Shown here: in pieces, positions 57,668-64,000 of the stretch
Position numbering within the stretch: the first letter of the stretch is position 1
How the letters are laid out: each line of letters starts with the position of its first letter
Source of the DNA: Candidatus Latescibacterota bacterium
GTDB lineage: Bacteria; Latescibacterota; UBA2968
Assembly: GCA_965208125.1 (NCBI GenBank)
Contig: OZ242320.1
Coordinates: forward strand, 224,001 to 288,000
Direction of reading: 5' to 3'
DNA length: 64,000 nt
Program-made: the position numbers and the translations under genes
Notes under the pieces: generated by a model
Told to the model about the DNA's origin: nothing
The model's input: the letters and a program-made list of their open reading frames with translations, nothing else
The model's database searches: none

Positions 57668-59857
57668 ATGATAGAAAAACACGACATGACAGAGGAACAA
57701 ATTCGCAGATATTACGGCTGGGCAGAAATCGACCCAGACCGGGCGATTATAGCCGGTGAAACGGGCACATGGCGCATTGTATATCACGTGGGCAAATACG
57801 GAATAGACGATGGCGGCGTAATCAAAATCGCCTGGCGCGACGTAAGCGACTGGCAGCGACCGCAGTTTGACGACCCCTCTGCGCCTGCTTATGCATCGGT
57901 CTCGACCACGGGACCGGCGACCTTAAAAGCTGTATTCGACAGACAGCGCTATATTCGACCGTGGCGATATTGCGTGACCATCGATGTATTCGACGACTCG
58001 CTGTCCGAAGGCGACATCGTCACACTAATATTGGGTGATACATCCGGCGGAAGTGCGGGCAGCCGTGCCCAAACCTTTTGCAAAGATGCATTTGAATTTC
58101 GGGTATCGGTTGACTGGTGCGGCACATGGGTATATACAGAAGTACCATCCCCCAAAGTACCAATTGCGAGCGGTGCGCCCAATAAACTCATCGTACTGGG
58201 ACCTTCTGAAATAACACCGGGAGAAACCACCTGGATCGGAATAAAAGCCGAAGATGTGTGGGGCAATCCATGCGCGGAATACAGAAGCACAATAAAAATC
58301 GACGCAGATGGCCTGAACGGATTACCCAAAACACTTGTATTTCAACCAGAGTACCGCGGTGTCAGGCGATTTGAAAATGTGACAGCCCCTGCAACAGGCA
58401 TTTATCGCGTAAGAGCCGGGGACGAAAACAATGGCTTTGAAGCAGAGTGCAATCCACTAATATGCATTGAAACGCGCAAAGACGCGCAACCCTTTTGGGG
58501 GGATCTACACGGACAAAGCGAAGAAACAGTGGGAACCAATCCCGTATCGTCATACTTTCGCTTTGCGCGAGAAAAGGCGTGGATGGATTTTGCGGGACAT
58601 CAGGGAAATGACTTTCAAATTACAGAAGCAATCTGGAATGAAATCAAACACCAGGCCAACACACAAAATACTGCGGGCAAATTCGTCGCCTTTGTCGGTT
58701 GGGAATGGTCGGGCAACACGCCTTCGGGCGGCGATCACAACGTCTATTATCCCGGCGACGATGGACCATTACACCGCTCCAGCCATGTCCTCATCGAAGA
58801 CAAATCAGATATAGAAACAGATTGCCAGCACATAACCGACCTCTACGGCGCACTCAGGGGAAAAGACGCGCTACTAATCCCCCATGTGGGCGGGCGCTAT
58901 GCCAACCTGACCTGGCACGATCCAAACCTGGAAACCGTAATCGAGGTTTTATCCGAATGGGGCGAATTTGAATGGTTCTTAAAAGAAGCCCTTGAAAAAG
59001 GCTATCGCATCGGATTCACCTGTGGCAGTGACGACCACAAAGGCCGCCCGGGCGCCGCGCATCCGGGCAGTGGCGCATTCGGCATTTACGGTGGCATCAC
59101 CTGCGTATATGCAAAAGAATTGACGCGAGAAAGCATCTGGGAAGCGATAAAAACAAGGCGATGTTACGGCACCAGTGGACAGCGCACCCTCGTAGATGTC
59201 ACCGTAGGCGGACAGCCCATGGGATCGGACCTCGCAACGAACACACCACCAGAAATCGCCGTCAGTGTTTGGGGCACAGCGTCAATAGAAAAAGTGGATA
59301 TCTTCAGAGGCACGGAAATCATCTACACACATCCCCAAACCATTCCCCGACAACAAACAGACATACGCATTGCGTGGTCCGGACAGCGCATCCGGGCGCG
59401 CAACCGACTCGTGCGCTGGGATGGCGAAGTAACAATAGACAAAGGGCGAATCACAGACGCCAGAGGCTTTGCCTTTGACTCGGCATCCGAAGGTATTCAA
59501 TCTGTCAGCGACCAATCAGTAACCTGGACATCGGTAACAACCGGCGATGCAGACGGCATCATATTAACCCTGGACGCCCCGCCCGATGCAACAATCAAAT
59601 TTGGAACACCCGTCTTGTCGCAAGCGTTAAAACTAACAGAAATCGCACAAGGACCAGTTGTAATCAACGCCGGTGGAATTGATATGCAGGTCGTATTTGA
59701 ACAAATGCCCACAGGCATTGGACGTGACATCGAATTTACGCATACCGAAAACCAGTTACATCCCGGCTGTCATCCCTATTGGGTGCGCGTAACGCAAATT
59801 GATGGCGGAAAAGCGTGGGTAAGTCCGGTGTATGTGAAGTGTGAAAAGGAGATATAA
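57668..59857 (+). CDS. DUF3604/PHP-like metallohydrolase
   Basis: FWGDLHGQS, GWEWS..GDHNV, IPHVGG, GSDDHKGRPG, RRCYGTSG, YWVRVTQ.DG..AWVSP. Confidence 0.78.
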   Translation: MIEKHDMTEEQIRRYYGWAEIDPDRAIIAGETGTWRIVYHVGKYGIDDGGVIKIAWRDVSDWQRPQFDDPSAPAYASVSTTGPATLKAVFDRQRYIRPWRYCVTIDVFDDSLSEGDIVTLILGDTSGGSAGSRAQTFCKDAFEFRVSVDWCGTWVYTEVPSPKVPIASGAPNKLIVLGPSEITPGETTWIGIKAEDVWGNPCAEYRSTIKIDADGLNGLPKTLVFQPEYRGVRRFENVTAPATGIYRVRAGDENNGFEAECNPLICIETRKDAQPFWGDLHGQSEETVGTNPVSSYFRFAREKAWMDFAGHQGNDFQITEAIWNEIKHQANTQNTAGKFVAFVGWEWSGNTPSGGDHNVYYPGDDGPLHRSSHVLIEDKSDIETDCQHITDLYGALRGKDALLIPHVGGRYANLTWHDPNLETVIEVLSEWGEFEWFLKEALEKGYRIGFTCGSDDHKGRPGAAHPGSGAFGIYGGITCVYAKELTRESIWEAIKTRRCYGTSGQRTLVDVTVGGQPMGSDLATNTPPEIAVSVWGTASIEKVDIFRGTEIIYTHPQTIPRQQTDIRIAWSGQRIRARNRLVRWDGEVTIDKGRITDARGFAFDSASEGIQSVSDQSVTWTSVTTGDADGIILTLDAPPDATIKFGTPVLSQALKLTEIAQGPVVINAGGIDMQVVFEQMPTGIGRDIEFTHTENQLHPGCHPYWVRVTQIDGGKAWVSPVYVKCEKEI

Positions 59858-60829
59858 ATGAACGAATATGCAGTCACATTCACCGAACGCGAAACCGCAA
59901 AATTGCTACCCGTTGAAATCGATACAGACGCGATCGGTGCAAACGAAGTCGCGGGTCATACCCTTGCAACCCTCATCAGCGCGGGCACGGAATTGAACAG
60001 CGGGTATCTCGGCGACAATTTTCCCAGACAGTCGGGATACGCCGCGGCATTCAAAGTTGAAAAAGTGGGGAAAAATGTCGCGGGCATTTCACCGGGCGAC
60101 CTCGTCTTCTGCCCGGGCAATCACGCCTCCTATCAGCGAAAACCAGCCTCGCAGGTGATTCGCCTGCCCGACAACCTCACGCCAGAAACAGCTGTATTTG
60201 CCCGCATGATGGGTGTCTCAATGACCACTCTCACAACCACCTCGGCGCGGCCACCCGCCAAAATTCTCATCACTGGACTCGGACTCGTTGGCCATCTCGC
60301 AGCCAAAAATTTTCAAGCCTGCGGATACGAAGTCTATGCCTGTGACCCGGTCGCATCGCGGCGGCAAATTGCCTCAGAAACGGGGATTCACAATGTGCTG
60401 GATGCCGTGCCATCAGAAAATACCGACCTATCGGGCCAATTCCAACTCGCCATCGAATGCTCGGGACACGAACAAGCCCTGCTCGATGCAGCAGGCGCCG
60501 TGAGAAAACGCGCCGAAGTCGTTTGCATTGCCTCCCCCTGGCGTCGATACACGGACCTGCTCATACACGACTTGCACCGCCTCATCTTCTTTAACTATGT
60601 CACCATTCGCAGCGGCTGGGAATGGGAACTGCCGCGCCAGCCAGAAGACTTTCGCACCAACAGCGTCTTTGAAAACTTTGCCGGTGCCCTCAAATGGTTG
60701 GCTGAGGGCCGCGTCAACGTCGATGGCATCTACACAAAGTACGATCCCGAAAGGTGCCAGCAAGCATACCGTGACCTTTTGCACAAAAAAACCGAACGCC
60801 TCGCAGTCGTCTTCGACTGGACGACTTGA
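59858..60829 (+). CDS. MDR-superfamily (zinc-binding type) dehydrogenase
   Basis: LISAGTE, GLGLVG, IECSG. Confidence 0.8.
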   Translation: MNEYAVTFTERETAKLLPVEIDTDAIGANEVAGHTLATLISAGTELNSGYLGDNFPRQSGYAAAFKVEKVGKNVAGISPGDLVFCPGNHASYQRKPASQVIRLPDNLTPETAVFARMMGVSMTTLTTTSARPPAKILITGLGLVGHLAAKNFQACGYEVYACDPVASRRQIASETGIHNVLDAVPSENTDLSGQFQLAIECSGHEQALLDAAGAVRKRAEVVCIASPWRRYTDLLIHDLHRLIFFNYVTIRSGWEWELPRQPEDFRTNSVFENFAGALKWLAEGRVNVDGIYTKYDPERCQQAYRDLLHKKTERLAVVFDWTT

Positions 60830-60961
60830 GATCCGCAGTTAGACACAACCTTAAAAATAAGGAGATGACAACCGAATAAACTCCGAGTTTGTGTTTCACA
60901 GTTTCACTCTTAGAGCCGGGGAACCATAAAAGCCGGGGGAACTCTTATAAGGAGGGTTGTC

Positions 60962-62662
60962 ATGTCGAGATGTATTCGCAGTATAGTCGCCGTCTCACTC
61001 GCCGCAGGCGTGCTGTTGAGCTGTGGTAGCGAGCGCGTGACCCAGTCGCAGGTAGCAAACGAACAGGTCGGACAGCCATTGACTAAATTGGCCGCAGCCG
61101 GGCACATGGCTCAGGCTGTAGTAATGGCTACGTTGCGACAGGATGACGCGCCCGTAAGCGGTGTCACAGTCGAACTTTCGCGCTCTATTGCGGGACAGGC
61201 CCCGGATTACGCATGGTCTGGGATCACCGATGACAATGGTCGGGCACGAGTGGAGATTATGTCGCACAGCGTGACGGGTTATTACCAGGCACGCGCCATG
61301 AAGGATGGAAACACAATCGGTTCCTGGTCGAGCATACCAATTAACGGAGGCTATAAAGTAATGCTCGACTTACCCGTTGGTGGAAAATCACAAGTGATGG
61401 GTTCATCAGCAATAGACGCACCGGCACCACCAACCCAATTTACCGTGCGTATTGAGAATATTTCCCCCCCCGTATTTGCTTATATAGCGAGTGGGACTTT
61501 TGCCGTGCCGTCGGGCGCAGACAGCCCCGGTCCACTCCCGCCGGGCCAGTCTTATGGGTTTTCGTTTGAAGCACCGCCGGGAGCCCAATTGTCCTTTGCC
61601 ACGATGTTTGTGCAATCCAACGACCTGTTCTATGCCCCCGATGAAGACGGCATCGCGCTTTGGGATGATGCGGGCAATCGCATCTCGGGCGATGTGACGG
61701 ATCAGGTGATGTTGTGGGATTCGGGCACAGAAGTGAATCAACCCATCGGCACGGGGGCAGATCAGGCACCGCGTCAAAGTGGTGCAAACACAGGCGCGGC
61801 TGATGAAGATAATACCGTGCGCATCGCCCTGGGCGACGACATTCCCGCGGTTGACAGCGTCATTCGCGTAACAATCACGCCGTCAGAAGATTCTGCTACT
61901 GGTTTTGACGTGCAGATTGAGAATGTGTGGAGCGGAGAGCCGCCACAACTCCTGGCCCCGGGTGTATTTGTTGTACATATAGGTTCTGCATTTCTGTTTT
62001 CATCGGGTTTCCCCGATACGGGCGAGGGCCTCGAAGCACTCGCAGAAGACGGCGACCCCAGTGGGCTGGCAGAGACTGTGAGGGCAAACACAGGTGTGGT
62101 TGGGATACTCGCACCGGGCGTATTTGCCTTACATCAGGAGGCTGGCGCATTGTTCACATCGGGTTCACCTGATCGGGGCGAGGGCCTCGAAGCACTCGCA
62201 GAAGATGGAAACCCCAGTGGGCTGGCTGGCGCACTGGCAGAAAATAATCGCGTATCAGCCAGCGGCGTATTTGCCGTACCCGAAGGTGGAGATGAGCCCG
62301 GGCCTTTGCTCCCTGGCGGTGCGTATGTCTTTAGCTTCAGCGCATCAGCGGGTGACCGCCTGTCCTTTGCCACGATGTTTGTCCATTCCAACGACCTGTT
62401 CTATGCCCCCGACGAGGAAGGCACTCCTCTCTTTGGAGAGGACGGATCGGCAATGATGGGCGATATCACATCAATGATCCAGTTGTGGTATGCCGGCACA
62501 GAGATCAACCAACCCCTCGGTGTTGGCCTCGACCAGGCACCGCGTCAGTCTGGTCCCAACACGGGCGCACCAGACCCGGACAACACCGTGCGCCTTGCCA
62601 CGGGTGACCACATCCCCGCGGTTGACAGCATAATCCGCGTGACGATCACGCCGGGCAATTAA
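60962..62662 (+). CDS. Lipoprotein with duplicated Spondin_N-like domains
   Basis: Lipobox LLSC; two copies each of LSFATMFV.SNDLFYAPDE..W..GTE.NQP and GLEALAEDG.P. Confidence 0.8.
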   Translation: MSRCIRSIVAVSLAAGVLLSCGSERVTQSQVANEQVGQPLTKLAAAGHMAQAVVMATLRQDDAPVSGVTVELSRSIAGQAPDYAWSGITDDNGRARVEIMSHSVTGYYQARAMKDGNTIGSWSSIPINGGYKVMLDLPVGGKSQVMGSSAIDAPAPPTQFTVRIENISPPVFAYIASGTFAVPSGADSPGPLPPGQSYGFSFEAPPGAQLSFATMFVQSNDLFYAPDEDGIALWDDAGNRISGDVTDQVMLWDSGTEVNQPIGTGADQAPRQSGANTGAADEDNTVRIALGDDIPAVDSVIRVTITPSEDSATGFDVQIENVWSGEPPQLLAPGVFVVHIGSAFLFSSGFPDTGEGLEALAEDGDPSGLAETVRANTGVVGILAPGVFALHQEAGALFTSGSPDRGEGLEALAEDGNPSGLAGALAENNRVSASGVFAVPEGGDEPGPLLPGGAYVFSFSASAGDRLSFATMFVHSNDLFYAPDEEGTPLFGEDGSAMMGDITSMIQLWYAGTEINQPLGVGLDQAPRQSGPNTGAPDPDNTVRLATGDHIPAVDSIIRVTITPGN

Positions 62663-62686
62663 CCGGGATCATGCAGCAACCATATC

Positions 62687-62717
62687 AAAGGGCGAGTCTT
62701 CTGGCTCGCCCTTTTTT
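62687..62717. terminator. Terminator between convergent genes
   Basis: AAAGGGCGAG...CTCGCCCTTTTTT. Confidence 0.75.
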
Positions 62718-62723
62718 CATGTA

Positions 62724-63485
62724 TCAGATATGCATACGCAACATGGGACGGCTGAATGAGACGGGCATGTACTCCCCAGTTTTGTGGCGTTTTGTACCGG
62801 GAATCATAAAATGGATGGCAAAAGCCCGACGCTGGCGGTCTGTGTGATTGGGCGGTGTGTAGTGCAGGGTTTGGCAATGGTGAAACATCACACCACCGGC
62901 GGGCAACTCGATAATTTCGGCTCTGGATATCTCCACCTGATCTTCTATATCAAACAACGCATCGGTTTGAGATGAACGCTCATGAGTAAATGGCCGCAGA
63001 TGAGAGCCGGGAATAACGTGCATAGCCCCGTTTTCGACATCGGCATCGTCCAGAGTGAGCCAGCATGAGACGAGATTCGCTGGCATACATTGCCAGTACC
63101 CATTGTCTTGATGCCAGAAAACCGCATCTCCATTATGTGCGGGTTTGAAAAGCGCCTGATCGTGGAAAAGTTGAATATTGGGACCGATGAGCGACTCGGC
63201 AACATCGAGTATGGGATCGTAGTAGATCAGTTCCCGATAGTGCAGATTGCGCTCACACATTTGCATAATTTGCAACATTTGTGTGGGCGCCTCGTTTTTT
63301 TCACTGAGATCGTCGGTATTGCTAATGGCGAGATTGCGAAAGCGATTATTCTTGCGCGCGGCTTCAAATTCGCGGTCGTATTCCCGGCGCAATATCTCAA
63401 TATGTTCATCTTCGAGAAGTTTGCCAATCGAGATATAGCCATTCTGAAAAAAAAATTCGACTTGCTCCGGAGTTAATGCAGACAT
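62724..63485 (-). CDS. Phytanoyl-CoA dioxygenase (PhyH) family Fe(II)/2OG oxygenase
   Basis: FF..NGY, WHQD, ENGAMHVIPGSH, FHH..TLH...N....RR. Confidence 0.88.
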   Translation of the reverse strand: MSALTPEQVEFFFQNGYISIGKLLEDEHIEILRREYDREFEAARKNNRFRNLAISNTDDLSEKNEAPTQMLQIMQMCERNLHYRELIYYDPILDVAESLIGPNIQLFHDQALFKPAHNGDAVFWHQDNGYWQCMPANLVSCWLTLDDADVENGAMHVIPGSHLRPFTHERSSQTDALFDIEDQVEISRAEIIELPAGGVMFHHCQTLHYTPPNHTDRQRRAFAIHFMIPGTKRHKTGEYMPVSFSRPMLRMHI

Positions 63486-63500
63486 TGTGTGCTCCTGTAA

Positions 63501-64000
63501 TTAACTCAACAATTCCTCTGTATAAGCAAACAGCGCAGGCGTCCCTCCCGTATGCACCATCACCACCGTCTCATCTTTGCCAATCTCCCCGCGGTTTACC
63601 ATATCGATCAAACCCGCCAGTGTCTTGCCCGTATAAATCGGCTCCAATAAAATCCCCTCTGTTCGCGCCAATAGCCGTATCGCGTCATTGCCCTCGGGTG
63701 AACAATATCCATATCCCTGCTCGCCGACGTACCGATCCACATTTTCAATCACAGATTCATCAAACGCGACATCCACATCCAGAATCTCCGCCATTTTTCT
63801 CAATACACCCAGAAATGCGTCTTTGAGATCATAAGACCACAAAATGGGCCTCACGCCCACAATCCGCACATCCAGACCCAGAACGGTCTTCCCAAAAATC
63901 AAACCCGGCTGTGTACAACTGCCCGAACACACAACAACAGTTGTAGGCGTTTCACCTATCGCATCGAACTGATCCATCATCTCGACCATACACAGCGCGT
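63501..64000 (-). CDS. D-cysteine desulfhydrase/ACC deaminase family PLP enzyme (5' part outside the window)
   Basis: SGSCTQPGL, GYG, LARTEGILLEPIYTGKT..GL, HTGG.PALF. Confidence 0.85.
   Translation of the reverse strand, partial: ALCMVEMMDQFDAIGETPTTVVVCSGSCTQPGLIFGKTVLGLDVRIVGVRPILWSYDLKDAFLGVLRKMAEILDVDVAFDESVIENVDRYVGEQGYGYCSPEGNDAIRLLARTEGILLEPIYTGKTLAGLIDMVNRGEIGKDETVVMVHTGGTPALFAYTEELLS

Overview
Bacterial genomic window of about 50% GC. The cadherin/FN3/LRR surface proteins with dockerin-like tags, the futalosine (Mqn) pathway and the Gfo/Idh/MocA and PhyH genes suggest a diderm, probably host-associated marine lineage (Latescibacterota/Gemmatimonadota-like; inference only). Left third (1-27.9 kb, all minus strand): a glycan-utilisation island wired as a serial sigma-54 cascade. 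Four homologous promoter cassettes each have a -24/-12 element, an AT-rich box 29 bp upstream and three 16-bp dyads starting 100-101 bp upstream. They alternate with three sigma-54 activators. Two activators are apparently cytoplasmic beta-propeller/Y_Y_Y-AAA+-HTH fusions and one has no sensor. The cassettes drive a 3,300-aa GH5-containing adhesin, a PL8 chondroitin-ABC-type lyase, DUF4955/DUF1961-like genes, a clan GH-A hydrolase fused to a probable outer-membrane barrel, and lipoproteins. Middle (28-36 kb): an operon of STAS-wHTH, nurA, HAS-barrel, herA, GT2 and an aminotransferase, divergent from queE. Housekeeping block (36.6-52 kb): thrS-infC-rpmI-rplT, zapB-zapA-rny-ymdB-xseAB-nadK-recN-mqnECA. 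Right end: a sigma-70 region-4-only gene behind a probable leader-peptide attenuator, rarA, an internally duplicated cadherin-like surface protein flanked by a rearrangement scar, DUF3604, an MDR dehydrogenase, a Spondin_N lipoprotein, PhyH and a D-cysteine-desulfhydrase-family gene. No rRNA, tRNA, CRISPR array or intact transposase was recognised.
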